Numbered from the stretch's first letter, positions 26,215 through 35,522 are shown. The stretch is 64,000 nt of DNA from Gaiellales bacterium (GCA_038237235.1 JBBRYW010000002.1:12998-76997); one strand, 5' to 3'. A program made the numbers and translations. Notes: generated from the letters alone by a model not told the origin.

Positions 26215-27639
26215 TCAGTCTACTTCGGCCAGCAGCCGCCCGAGCGGCGAAATCTGCGACTCCGCCTGCTGCACGGCGAGACCCATCGTCGGATAGGCGT
26301 GGATCGTCTGCGCGAGCCGGCCGGCGAAGCAGCGCGTCCGCATCGCGAGCGCGCACTCCTGGATCAGCTCGCCCGCGCGCGGACCGACGATCTGCGCCCC
26401 GACCAGCACGCCGCCACCGAGGCGGCCCAGCACGAAGCGACGCGCAGAAACGAGTTTCACGAAGCCGGCCGGCCGCTCCATGATGCGTGCCCGGTCGACG
26501 TGGCTCATCGGGAAGACGTGCACCTCGACGTCCTTGTGTTGCTCGCGTGCCTCCGCCTCTTTCAGGCCGACATGGGCGACCTCTGGATCGGTGAACGTGA
26601 CCCACGGAACGACACGCTCGTCCTTCTTCGCACGCCCGCCGGCGGCGTTGCGGCCGGCGACGATCCCCTCGTGCGAGGCGACGTGCGTGAACTGGAGCCC
26701 ACCTGTGATGTCGCCTGCGGCATACATGTGCGACAGGCTCGTGCGGCAGCGCTCGTCGACCTCCACGCAGCCGCGGTCGAGCTCGAGCTCGAGCCCCAAT
26801 CCCTGGGCGGAGCTCTTGCGCCCGGCTGCGACGAGCAGCGCGTCGCAGACCACCTCGTCGCCGTTCAGCCGGAGCACCGTCTCGCCCTCGCGTCGCGCGA
26901 CAGACTTGACCCCGGCGCCGAGCCGCAGGTCGAGGCCCTCCTCGCGCAAGGCCTGCGCGACGAGCTCGCCCGCCTCGGGCTCGTCCCTTGGCAGCAGGCG
27001 CTCGAGCAGCTCGACCACCGTCACCTCGCTGCCAAGGCGGCAGAACGCCTGCGCGAGCTCGAGCCCGATCGGCCCGCCGCCCAGGACGGCGAGCCGCCGC
27101 GGCAGCCGCTCGAGTTCGAAGATCGTCTTGTTCGTGAGGAACGGCACCTCCGCCAGGCCGTCTACCGGCGGCACCGCCGGCAGACTGCCGGTCGCGAGCA
27201 CGAAGCGCCGCCCCCGAAGCGTCCGTTCCCCGACCTCGAGCCTGTGCTCGTCGGCGAAGCGGGCGCCGCCGTGGACGACCTCGATCCCGGCCCTCGTGAA
27301 GCGCTCGTCGCGCTCGTCGCGCGCGATCGCCTCGACGATCCGCGCCCGGCGGCGCATGATCGCCGCGAAGTCGAGCTCCGGGACGCTGCCGATGATCCCC
27401 TCGGCCGCGGCGCGGCGGGCGTCCTGTGCGAGCTGGGCGACCTCGATCAGCGCCTTCGAGGGCACGCAGCCATAAAAGGTGCAGTCGCCGCCGATCCTCG
27501 GCTCCTGCTCCACGAGCGCGACCGAGGCGCCCTCGTGCCGGGCCGCAAGCGCAGCAGTCAGACCGGCGGTGCCCCCGCCGACGACGATCACGTCGAAGCT
27601 CACGGTCGTTAGATGCGCTCGTACAGCGGTTGGATTCAT
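26215..27639 (-). CDS. Class I pyridine nucleotide-disulfide oxidoreductase (third paralog in island 1)
   Basis: ATG at 27639 with FDVIVVGGGTAGLTAALAA and GGDCTFYGCVPSK. The tracked 551-aa ORF has an artefactual N-terminal extension. Confidence 0.85.
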   Translation of the reverse strand: MNPTAVRAHLTTVSFDVIVVGGGTAGLTAALAARHEGASVALVEQEPRIGGDCTFYGCVPSKALIEVAQLAQDARRAAAEGIIGSVPELDFAAIMRRRARIVEAIARDERDERFTRAGIEVVHGGARFADEHRLEVGERTLRGRRFVLATGSLPAVPPVDGLAEVPFLTNKTIFELERLPRRLAVLGGGPIGLELAQAFCRLGSEVTVVELLERLLPRDEPEAGELVAQALREEGLDLRLGAGVKSVARREGETVLRLNGDEVVCDALLVAAGRKSSAQGLGLELELDRGCVEVDERCRTSLSHMYAAGDITGGLQFTHVASHEGIVAGRNAAGGRAKKDERVVPWVTFTDPEVAHVGLKEAEAREQHKDVEVHVFPMSHVDRARIMERPAGFVKLVSARRFVLGRLGGGVLVGAQIVGPRAGELIQECALAMRTRCFAGRLAQTIHAYPTMGLAVQQAESQISPLGRLLAEVD

Positions 27640-27745
27640 CGTCTCTGTCAGCGTTCCCCCCGTGCCGCACACACTCCGCCGCTCACGTGTTCTCCGCGCA
27701 CGAGCCGGGCAGGCTCGAGCCAACCGACAAAAAGGAGGCCGATCG

Positions 27746-28426
27746 ATGGCCCGTCCGGCGCTTGTCATCTTCGACGTCAACGAGACGCTCTCCGACCTGG
27801 AGCCGCTGCGCGCCCGCTTCGAGCATGTCGGCGCGCCGGGACAGCTGCTGGAGGTGTGGTTCGCGAGCACGCTTCGCGACGGCTTCGCGCTCGCCGCAGC
27901 CGGCGCCTACGCCGGTTTCCGCTCGGTGGCGGCGGCGGTGTTGCGCGGACAGCTCGCGCAGGTCGACGCGCTGCAAAGACCGACCGAAGACGCTGTGGAG
28001 TACGTGCTCGACGGCTTTGCCGAGCTCGATGTCCACCCCGACGTGGCAGAGGGTATGCGCCGGCTCGCGCAGGCCGACGTGCGGATGGTGACGCTGAGCA
28101 ACGGAGCCGCCGAGATCGCCGCGAGGCTGCTCGAGCGCGCCGCCCTCGCCGACCTGGTTGAGCGCTGCCTGTCGGTCGACGAGGTGCGCCGCTGGAAGCC
28201 GGCCCCGGAGCGCTGCCTGCACGCCGCCAGCGCGTGCGGCGTCCCACCTGAGCGGTGCGCGCTCATCGCGGTGCACCCGTGGGACATCGACGGCGCAAAG
28301 CGAGCCGGGCTGAAGGCGGGCTGGCTGAACCGGCGGAACAGCCCTTACCCGACAGTCTTCCGGCCGCCGGACGCGAGCGGCGAATCGCTCGGCACGCTCG
28401 CCGACGCTCTCCTTCTGTCGGCGTGA
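27746..28426 (+). CDS. HAD-superfamily hydrolase, haloacid dehalogenase type II-like
   Basis: AAGGAGG lies 7 nt before the ATG. Motifs are LVIFDVNETL (DxD/N motif I), TLSNG and WKPAPE...VHPWDIDGAKRAG. Confidence 0.85.
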   Translation: MARPALVIFDVNETLSDLEPLRARFEHVGAPGQLLEVWFASTLRDGFALAAAGAYAGFRSVAAAVLRGQLAQVDALQRPTEDAVEYVLDGFAELDVHPDVAEGMRRLAQADVRMVTLSNGAAEIAARLLERAALADLVERCLSVDEVRRWKPAPERCLHAASACGVPPERCALIAVHPWDIDGAKRAGLKAGWLNRRNSPYPTVFRPPDASGESLGTLADALLLSA

Positions 28427-28445
28427 AAGCGGCCCGGCAGCCGTC

Positions 28446-29021
28446 TCACTGGTCGTGCTCCCAACGTTCGAGAGCCTCCCTCAGCTGCATGCGCCCGCGG
28501 TGGATCCTGCTCTTCGCCGCTGCGAGGGAGATCTCGAGTGCCGTGGCGACCTCTTCGTTCGAGAGGCCTTCGACGTCTCGCAGCACGACCGCCGTTCGAT
28601 AGTCGATCGGTAGCTGGCGCAGCCGCTCGATCAGGAAGGCGCGCGCGCCTGCGGCCGCGTACGCGTCCTCTCCGCCCGCGACCATCGTCTCCTGGAGCTC
28701 GCTCGTCGGAAGCGTCTTGCGTCTGCGGCGCATCAGTGCCTCGTTGACGGCGATCCGGTACAGCCAGGTGTAGGGCGCGGCGTCGCCGCGGAAGCGCTCC
28801 AGGTTTCGCCACGCCTGCATGAACGTGTCCTGCACCGCTTCGTCGACATCCCGCGCGTCGTCGAGCAGCCGGTAGAGAACGGTGCGGATCCGTCGCTCGA
28901 AGGTGCGCACGAACTCGGCGAAGGCCTCGAGGTCGCCGTCCTTCGCCTGCTCAAGCAGTTCGCGTTCTGTCAATGCCACGGCTGGACGATCGTAGTGGCG
29001 GAATCGTTCGCGCCCGACCAC
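28446..29021 (-). CDS. ECF-type RNA polymerase sigma factor
   Basis: 191 aa. Region 2 is VQDTFMQAWRNLERFRGDAAPYTWLYRIAVN. Region 4 is VLRDVEGLSNEEVATALEISLAAAKSRIHRGR. Confidence 0.85.
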   Translation of the reverse strand: MVGRERFRHYDRPAVALTERELLEQAKDGDLEAFAEFVRTFERRIRTVLYRLLDDARDVDEAVQDTFMQAWRNLERFRGDAAPYTWLYRIAVNEALMRRRRKTLPTSELQETMVAGGEDAYAAAGARAFLIERLRQLPIDYRTAVVLRDVEGLSNEEVATALEISLAAAKSRIHRGRMQLREALERWEHDQ

Positions 29022-29044
29022 GCATCTACGATGAAGAGGACCGG

Positions 29045-29311
29045 ATGAGATCGCTGATGGACATGATGGTCGGGTCGTGCATGGAGACGCGCGAGCAGCT
29101 CTCGGCTCATCTCGAGGGAGAGCTGACGGGTCTGCGCCGCCTGCGCGTGCGTCTCCATCTCGCCGGTTGCTCCGTCTGCTCGGCTGGCGCCCGGTCGCTG
29201 CGCAAGACGATCGAACGGTTGCATCAGCTCGATCAGGCCTTCGCGCCGGGCCCGTCGCCGTCGGTCGTCCCGGCCGTCCTCGAGCGGATTCGCGAATCCC
29301 GCCAGGAGTGA
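29045..29311 (+). CDS. zf-HC2 anti-sigma factor, divergent from the ECF sigma gene
   Basis: CMETREQLSAHLEGELTGLRRLRVRLHLAGCSVCSAGARSL. Start chosen at the ATG at 29045. Confidence 0.6.
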   Translation: MRSLMDMMVGSCMETREQLSAHLEGELTGLRRLRVRLHLAGCSVCSAGARSLRKTIERLHQLDQAFAPGPSPSVVPAVLERIRESRQE

Positions 29312-29376
29312 TCTCGGCTGATCACCCCGGCGAAGGACGCCCGCGGGGGAGAGTCATCGAGGGGATCGCTTTCTGC

Positions 29377-29583
29377 ATGGAGCGGCCGAACCTGCGGCGC
29401 ACCTGCACGATCGCTCTGATCGTCGGTTGTGTCCTCACCTTGATCAACCAGGGTGACATCTTGATCGAAGGCCGTGCGACGGCTGGAACGGCGGTCAAGA
29501 TCGTCCTCAACTTCTGCGTCCCCTTCATCGTCTCGAACCTGGGCGTCATCACGGGCAGCCGCACGGTCTCCGGTCCGCGATGA
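29377..29583 (+). CDS. NrtS-like small membrane protein
   Basis: 68 aa with RRTCTIALIVGCVLTLINQGDILI...KIVLNFCVPFIVSNLGV. Confidence 0.5.
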   Translation: MERPNLRRTCTIALIVGCVLTLINQGDILIEGRATAGTAVKIVLNFCVPFIVSNLGVITGSRTVSGPR

Positions 29584-29614
29584 TCAGTAGATACAGACGC
29601 GGGGCGGAGATCGG

Positions 29615-30165
29615 ATGCCACTGAGTGGGGCCCCTTCTCTCGGCGAGTACGCGTTTCCGCTCGAGCTCCGCGACCTGCGCGGCAACCTGGCCCGGCTGGA
29701 GGACCTGCGGGGACGGGCGGTGCTGCTCGTCTTTCTTCGTCATGCCGGCTGACTGATCTGCCGCGCGCACCTCGTGAAGGTGCTCCACTACCGGCACCAA
29801 ATCGATGCTCTCGGCACCGTCCTCTTCGTCTCCTTCGACGAGCCGGAGCAGCTCCGGCGCACGCTCCTGCGCGGGCTGGAGCTGCCCTACGCGCTGCTCG
29901 TCGATCGCGATCGCGCCGCCTATCGCGCCTGGGGCTCGAACGGGGGTCCGTCCTCCGCGTCTGGGGCGACCCGCGTGTCTGGCTGCGCTACGCCGGTGAG
30001 ATCGCGCGTGGCGAGCGACTCCCTTGGGGGGGGCGACACGCTGCAGCTGGGGGACGACTTCGTCGTCGATCCCGACGGGACCGTCAGCTATCGCGGCCGC
30101 CGCAGCGCGACGACCGGCCGCCCGTCGCCGAGCTCGTGCGCGCGCTCGAGCGGGCCGCCGGGTAG
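29615..30165 (+). pseudogene. AhpC/TSA-type thioredoxin-fold protein with in-frame TGA at the first CxxC cysteine and three frame switches
   Basis: VLLVFLRHAG-TGA-LICRAHL, with the TGA at 29750-29752. Conserved text continues in shifted frames after the G4 run at 29931, the G8 run at 30026 and about 30100. It ends DDRPPVAELVRALERAAG-TAG at 30165. Confidence 0.55.
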
Positions 30166-30213
30166 AGCCGCGCTACGGGAATCGGATGCGACCGCCCGTG
30201 CGTCAAAAGAGGC

Positions 30214-31197
30214 ATGAAGCATCTGGCGCTTGCCGCGGCGGTTACGGCGCTTGCGCTCGCGGCGGCCGCGCAGGCGGCCGATCCCGCACTCACGAGAGGC
30301 TGGAGGACGGATTTCTCCCGCCACCTGGTACCGCTGTCCGAGTTCCAGGCCGGAGGACCGGACAAGGACGGCATCCCGGCGCTCGACCATCCGCGCTTCG
30401 CGTCCGCCTCGTCGATCGGCTGGCTCGCTTCCCGCGAGCCGGTGATCGAGCTCGCGGTCGGCCGGGACGTGCGCGCGTATCCGCTGCAGATCCTGATCTG
30501 GCACGAGATCGTCAACGACCGCATCGGCGGCGTCCCAGTCGCCGTCACTTTCTGCCCGTTGTGCAACACGGCGCTCGCGTTCGACCGGCGCATCCGCCGG
30601 CGCACGCTCTCGTTTGGCACCACGGGCAACCTGCGCGATTCGGATCTGGTCATGTACGACCGCCAGAGCGAGTCGTGGTGGCAGCAGTTCGGCGGCCAGG
30701 CCTTGGTCGGTCGCTACGCCGGTACCAAGCTGCGTCAGCTGCCGGCGCGGATCGTCGCCTGGCGCACGTTCGCGCGTCTTCATCCGCGCAGCCTCGTGTT
30801 AACTCGCGCCACCGGCTTTTCCCGCCCCTACGGGAAAAACCCTTACACAGGCTATGACGATGCCTCAAGCCCGCCGTTCTTCCCCACCGCGCACTCCGGC
30901 GACCACCGGCTCCAGCCGAAGGAGCGCGTCGTCTTCCTGGAGCGCGGCGACGAGGCAGTCGCGGTTCCATTCACGCTGCTTCGGCGCAGGCACGTGATTC
31001 ACGTCACGGTGGGCAGGCATCACCTTGTCGTGCGCTGGCGGGGAGGTGTTGCGTCGGCGCTCGACTCAGGGCGGATCCCGCGCGGACGCGACGTCGGCTC
31101 GGCCAGCGTCACCGAGAAGGGCAAGCCGGTCGCCTTCGACGAGCCGTTCTGGTTCGCGGTCGCGGCCTTCCGACCGCGTACGCGGATCGTCCGGTAG
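30214..31197 (+). CDS. Secreted DUF3179-family protein
   Basis: Signal peptide, then DGIPALDHPRF, WHEIVNDRIGGVPVAVTFCPLCNTALAFDRR and GNLRDSDLVMYDRQSESWWQQ. Confidence 0.8.
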   Translation: MKHLALAAAVTALALAAAAQAADPALTRGWRTDFSRHLVPLSEFQAGGPDKDGIPALDHPRFASASSIGWLASREPVIELAVGRDVRAYPLQILIWHEIVNDRIGGVPVAVTFCPLCNTALAFDRRIRRRTLSFGTTGNLRDSDLVMYDRQSESWWQQFGGQALVGRYAGTKLRQLPARIVAWRTFARLHPRSLVLTRATGFSRPYGKNPYTGYDDASSPPFFPTAHSGDHRLQPKERVVFLERGDEAVAVPFTLLRRRHVIHVTVGRHHLVVRWRGGVASALDSGRIPRGRDVGSASVTEKGKPVAFDEPFWFAVAAFRPRTRIVR

Positions 31198-31791
31198 GGC
31201 GCTCCAGCGGGGGTGATGGCGGCGCGCCCATCGTTCGTCGACCGTGCCGCGGGTGATGCCGCTGAGCGCGTGCCGGGTCGCCGGGTGGATGAGCGAGAGG
31301 TAGAGATGGCCGGCGAGCAGAACCAGCGCGACGTACATGAGCCCGTCATGGAGGAGCAGCGCGTTGGCGAGCCGGAAGCGGGTGTCGCGCTCGCCGTACC
31401 AGAGCAGGAAGCCTGAAACGGAGAACAGCACCGCGAACGCTGCCGTTGCGATCGCATTCAGCTTCTGGCCCGCGTTGAAGCGCCCAGGCTGCCCGCCGCG
31501 CTGTAGCAGCCAGCGCCGGTCTTCGGCGTCGAAGCGGTCGAGCTCCCGAATCGTCTTCATCAGTCCGGTGCGGGCGCCGACCGCGCCGAGAAGCGTCATC
31601 GCCACCGCCCAGGCGAGCGCCGTATAGAGGTGTACCTGTTTCACGAGCTGCCGGCGCGCGACGAGCTCGGACAGCCGCGGCACGTACAGCACGAGCCCGG
31701 AGCCGACCAAGACAAAGAAGGCGCTTGCGTGCACCCAGTGCAGAGCGCGCTCGGTGCGCGAGAAACGCTGGATCCTCACTTCAGGCGTCAT
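31066..31791 (-). CDS. Di-haem cytochrome b membrane subunit (FdnI/MsrQ-like)
   Basis: RFSRTERALHWVHASAFFVLVGSGL...FNAGQKLNA...LLHDGLMYVALVLLAGHLYL. ATG at 31791. The 3' end overlaps the convergent DUF3179 gene, so the true stop may be effectively earlier. Confidence 0.65.
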   Translation of the reverse strand: MTPEVRIQRFSRTERALHWVHASAFFVLVGSGLVLYVPRLSELVARRQLVKQVHLYTALAWAVAMTLLGAVGARTGLMKTIRELDRFDAEDRRWLLQRGGQPGRFNAGQKLNAIATAAFAVLFSVSGFLLWYGERDTRFRLANALLLHDGLMYVALVLLAGHLYLSLIHPATRHALSGITRGTVDERWARRHHPRWSALPDDPRTRSEGRDREPERLVEGDRLALLGDAGRADVASARDPP

Positions 31792-32467
31792 GGCCGTTGG
31801 AGTGGCCGACCCAGGCGTCCCGGTCGTAGCCGAGCTTCTCCCAGAACCCGTCGGCCGCGCGCGGGACGAGCTCGATCCGCTCGACCCATTTGACATTCTT
31901 GTAGCCGTACATCGCCGGCAGCACGACTCGGACCGGCGCGCCGTGGGGGCGGGAGAGCGGACGGCCGTCCATCGCGTGGGCGAGCATCGCGTCCGAGCGC
32001 AGCGCCTGTTCGAGGGTGAGCGTGTCCTCGTAGGGGACCTCGCCCGAGACGAACCGCACTGCGTGCGCTGCCGGGAGTGGCCGCGCCAGTGCGAGCAGAT
32101 CCTGGAAGCGGACGCCGGCCCAGCGGACGTTGTTGACCGTCCAGCCCGTCACGCAGTGGAAGTCCGAGGTCTGCTCGGCTCGCGGCAGTCGCAACAGCTC
32201 CTCGTAGCGCAGTTCCTGCGGCTGCCTGACGAGCCCGTCGATCCGCAGCCGCCAGGTCAACGAGTCGAAGCGTGGCATCGAGTCGCCGATCGTGTAGATC
32301 CGCCAGCCCCGTGAAGGAAGTAGCCCTCGCGCGCCAGCGGGCAGTACGGAGTCGATCAGTCTGAGGGCCGGCGAGGCCCAGGCGAGCGAGGAAAGGCCGC
32401 CGGCGACGAGCAGCAGGAAGCCGCGACGGCCGTACGGCTTTCCGTCGGGCTCAGGTTGTTGCGACAA
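31781..32467 (-). CDS. Molybdopterin-dependent oxidoreductase (sulfite oxidase/MsrP family), Tat-exported
   Basis: GRRGFLLLVAGGLSSLAWA is the Tat signal. FHCVTGWTVNNVRWAGVRF...PVRVVLPAMYGYKNVKWVERIELV follows. Start proposed at the TTG at 32467. Confidence 0.75.
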   Translation of the reverse strand: MSQQPEPDGKPYGRRGFLLLVAGGLSSLAWASPALRLIDSVLPAGARGLLPSRGWRIYTIGDSMPRFDSLTWRLRIDGLVRQPQELRYEELLRLPRAEQTSDFHCVTGWTVNNVRWAGVRFQDLLALARPLPAAHAVRFVSGEVPYEDTLTLEQALRSDAMLAHAMDGRPLSRPHGAPVRVVLPAMYGYKNVKWVERIELVPRAADGFWEKLGYDRDAWVGHSNGHDA

Positions 32468-33020
32468 CGGCGTTCGGCTGACCTGGAGGCGTGACCCAAA
32501 AGCGCGACCAGTTCCGTCCGCCCGGGAGGTTGAAGCGGGCACGGCAGGCTCCGCTCGGGTCGACCATGAAACGGCCGACAGTCGTCGCCGACTGTCCGTC
32601 GCCTTCTGCCCACAGTACGTAGACATTCGCATGCCGGCGGGGCAGTCCGCGCGCAACGAGCGAGAGCGACGTGTTCTCGGCGTCGGCACGCGCCAGAACC
32701 GCCTGGCCGATCGATTGTCCCGAGGCCGTTCGCAAGGTGAACTGCCCGGCACGGTTGCTGTGGGGGAAGAAGAGCACCAGCAGCGCGACGGCGGCGACGG
32801 CGACGAGCCCGGCGGGGAGACGCAGCCGGCGGCCCCTGCTGGCCCGGCGGCGTTCCCTCCGGCGTGCGGGCGCGGCGTCGCGGAGCATCCGATCGACGCG
32901 GCCGAGCAGGAAGAGTTGCCTTTGACAGTCGTGGCAGCCGGCCAGGTGAACGAGCAGCGCCGGCTCGTCGCGATCCTCGAGCAGGTCGGGCAGCCGCGTC
33001 CAGGCGTGCTCGTGCCTCAC
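32451..33020 (-). CDS. Anti-sigma factor (zf-HC2 N-terminus, one TM, RskA-like extracytoplasmic domain)
   Basis: LLVHLAGCHDCQRQLFLLGRVDRML, TM GLVAVAAVALLVLFF and C-terminal YVLWAEGDG...GRFMVDPSG. It overlaps the sigma gene stop by 4 nt. Confidence 0.7.
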   Translation of the reverse strand: MRHEHAWTRLPDLLEDRDEPALLVHLAGCHDCQRQLFLLGRVDRMLRDAAPARRRERRRASRGRRLRLPAGLVAVAAVALLVLFFPHSNRAGQFTLRTASGQSIGQAVLARADAENTSLSLVARGLPRRHANVYVLWAEGDGQSATTVGRFMVDPSGACRARFNLPGGRNWSRFWVTPPGQPNAVVATT

Positions 33021-33631
33021 CCCGGCTCCTCTCCGAGCAGCGTCGCGAGTCGGCTGAGGCCGCGGCGCGTCCAGCTCTTCACCGAGCCGAGAGGGACGTC
33101 CAGCTCCGCCGCGATCCGGCTCTGGCTGAGGTCGTCGAAGTACGCGAGCTCGATCACCAGCCGCTCGCGCTCGGGCAGCCGCTCGAGCGCAGCGTCGAGC
33201 CAGAAGCGCTCGATGTCCGGCGGCTCGACCGCGCCCGCTTCGTCCGGCAGCTCGACCGGTAGCGGCACCCGCCGGGCCTGCCGCAGGTTGAGCGCCGTTC
33301 GCCGCGCGAGCGTCAGCAGCCAGGCAGGGGCGCTGCCCCGGTCGCGGTCATAGAGCGGCGCCTTGCGCCAGATGCGGACGAAAACCTCCTGCGCGCAGTC
33401 CTCCGATTCGGCGCCGACGATCGCGCGGCAGGCGCGCTCGACCGCGCGGCGGTAGCGGTGGCGAAGCTCTTCGAAGGCAGGCTCGCTTCCCCGGCCAATC
33501 GCGTGCAGCAGGTCGGCGTCAGTCGCGTCGGCGCGAGCTGCCGCGTCTGTGTTGGGTGGCGCCTCGAGCTGCTGCGGGATCACATCAGGAGGTACAGGCG
33601 CCATCACCCACTTGGATGCGGCGACGCGCAC
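33017..33631 (-). CDS. ECF-type RNA polymerase sigma factor
   Basis: AQEVFVRIWRKAPLYDRDRGSAPAWLLTLARR... and ELAYFDDLSQSRIAAELDVPLGSVKSWTRRGLSRL. Confidence 0.85.
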   Translation of the reverse strand: MRVAASKWVMAPVPPDVIPQQLEAPPNTDAAARADATDADLLHAIGRGSEPAFEELRHRYRRAVERACRAIVGAESEDCAQEVFVRIWRKAPLYDRDRGSAPAWLLTLARRTALNLRQARRVPLPVELPDEAGAVEPPDIERFWLDAALERLPERERLVIELAYFDDLSQSRIAAELDVPLGSVKSWTRRGLSRLATLLGEEPG

Positions 33632-33686
33632 GATCGGAGCAGGCCAGTTGGGCCGAACGTCGGTGCGGCCCCAAATGGCGCCGCAG

Positions 33687-34493
33687 CTACTTGATGCTCA
33701 CCGTCACGGAAGACTGAGCGCCGATCGTCGGCGCGTGCGTGTTGTCCTCAAGGATTGCGATGAACTTGTGCTGGCCGGGCTTGATCCCGGCGAGGGAGAC
33801 GTGGACGGAACTTCCGCAGCTCATCCCGAGCATCGTCCCCATCCCCATCATCCCCATCGATGTCGTGTCGACGTTAGCGTGCCAGTGGCCGTAGCCCTTT
33901 ACGTTCGCCTTCCCGTAGAGGTCGCAGGAGAGCCGGAAGTTCTTCGCGGCGACAACGAGGTCGAACCCTCCGTGGACCGTCGCGCCCGGCTTGGGCGAGA
34001 CGACGCTGATCGACGGCTTACCGGCGAAGCTGAGCGGCTTCACCGCCGGCAGCGGATGCGCGGGCTTGTAGGTGAAGCTGATCTGCTTCATCGCCTTCAC
34101 GTCGTCGGCGTGGTCGTTCGCCGCCGGGATGAACTGGACCGTGTGCTTGCCCGGCTTGACGTCGAGCATGCTGATGCTCGAGCGGGGCCTGCAGATCATG
34201 TTGATCAGCGACCTATCCAGCTCGATGTGGTAGTGGCCGATCCCCTTACGGTTCGCGGTGCCCCCATACCGGCAATCAGTCTTGAAGCGCGTGATCGAGA
34301 CGCGCGTGCTCAGCGTGTTGCCGGTCAGCGTCGTGCCAGTCTTCGGCGTCAGCACCTTCAGCTTCGCTCCCGTGTGAGCCATCATCATCGGCGGCGGCGG
34401 CGCACCGAGCGCGACCGCGGCCCCGTACACGACGCTCAGCACCGCGATCGCTGCAACACCTATCCTGGCTTTGCTCCAACGCATCTGCATCAA
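33687..34493 (-). CDS. Secreted Met/His-rich protein with two DUF4399-like domains (putative copper binding)
   Basis: Signal peptide. The motifs GIGHYHIELD and GYGHWHANVD are duplicated. Met clusters are PPPPMMMAHTG and TSMGMMGMGTMLGM. Confidence 0.65.
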   Translation of the reverse strand: MMQMRWSKARIGVAAIAVLSVVYGAAVALGAPPPPMMMAHTGAKLKVLTPKTGTTLTGNTLSTRVSITRFKTDCRYGGTANRKGIGHYHIELDRSLINMICRPRSSISMLDVKPGKHTVQFIPAANDHADDVKAMKQISFTYKPAHPLPAVKPLSFAGKPSISVVSPKPGATVHGGFDLVVAAKNFRLSCDLYGKANVKGYGHWHANVDTTSMGMMGMGTMLGMSCGSSVHVSLAGIKPGQHKFIAILEDNTHAPTIGAQSSVTVSIK

Positions 34494-34592
34494 CCCTCCT
34501 TGACGACGTGACCGAAGGCGCGCGTGGCGCCAAGGCCGCTTTGGCCTTATCCGGAGGTACAGCCGCGGTCCGCAGTTCGGATGCAGACGCGT

Positions 34593-34958
34593 TCAGGAAA
34601 CGGTGAAGCTGCCGTGCATGATCGTCAGGTGCGGATCGCAGCGATAGCGGTAGAAGCCCGGCTTCAGCCGGACCGTCCAGGTCGTGCTGCCAGTGCCCTG
34701 CACCGAGGTCAGCGTGTGCACGCCAGGACCGAACAGGTGGAAGTTGTGAATCGGCGAGAGATCGCGAATCCGGATCGTGTACGTGCCGGCCTTCAGCTTC
34801 TTGACGACAGCCCCCTGCGTCTTGAGCGCGATCGTGAAGCCTGGCCCGACGGTGCCACTGAGCGCCGCGGCTTGCGCCGCTGCGCTGCTACGTCTCGGCA
34901 CAGCGAGTACGGCGAAAAGCAACACCGGCGGCAGGGTCAGAGCGATGATGCGTTTCAT
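34593..34958 (-). CDS. Secreted cupredoxin-fold (blue-copper-like) protein
   Basis: 121 aa with a signal peptide, IHNFHL and the YRCDPHLTIMHG ligand pattern (H...C..H....M). Confidence 0.65.
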   Translation of the reverse strand: MKRIIALTLPPVLLFAVLAVPRRSSAAAQAAALSGTVGPGFTIALKTQGAVVKKLKAGTYTIRIRDLSPIHNFHLFGPGVHTLTSVQGTGSTTWTVRLKPGFYRYRCDPHLTIMHGSFTVS

Positions 34959-35522
34959 CCTGAAAGTCCTTTCGTCCGGTGACCTCGAAGAGCGGCCGTG
35001 TAGCCGCCACGAGGAGATACAGCCCGCTGGTTGGCGGTGGATGTCGGCACCCAGGATCTCGAGCAGCGGTCCTTGCCGAACCGCGTCGGAACCGGCGCGA
35101 GCTGCTCCGGAGCCGCAGCGAGCCCGATCGTCACCTGCGCACCCGCAACCGCCAGACGGCGGGCGGCGACCAGGCCACCCCTCCGTTCCCCGCCCAGCCC
35201 GGCCAGCACCCCGATCGAGGGCCTGCGCGCGTCACCCCCGAGCAGATGCCGGGCGAGCTGGGCCCGGGTTGCGGCCGGGGTTCTCCATCATCCGCACCAG
35301 CAAGATGCCGAGCTCGTGAACATCACCCGGCCGACCTCGCGCATCTGCTCGACCGACAATCATGGCACCGAACCAGACTCGACCGTCGGATCGGCTCTCT
35401 TCCGATCGTCGTTATCGTCTTCCTCCTCTCTGCGCTCGTCGACGGGAATCGGATCGGCGTCCGCTGGTCATCTAACCCGACAGAGCAAGAACATCCAAAC
35501 CAGGACAGCGAGGGAGACTTCC

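Noticed and set aside
25955-27670. 571-aa ORF on the minus strand, extremely Arg/Gly/Pro-rich
   Set aside because: It is a shadow frame of the flavoprotein reductase gene 26215-27639. It has no motifs, and its composition is typical of out-of-frame reading of GC-rich coding DNA.
34959-35522. Coding potential between the cupredoxin and dsrE-like genes
   Set aside because: Minus-strand fragments resemble pieces of an HTH regulator (TRAQLARHL, GDVHELGILLVRMMENPG). They are split over frames with stops, and the support is too weak to call even a pseudogene.
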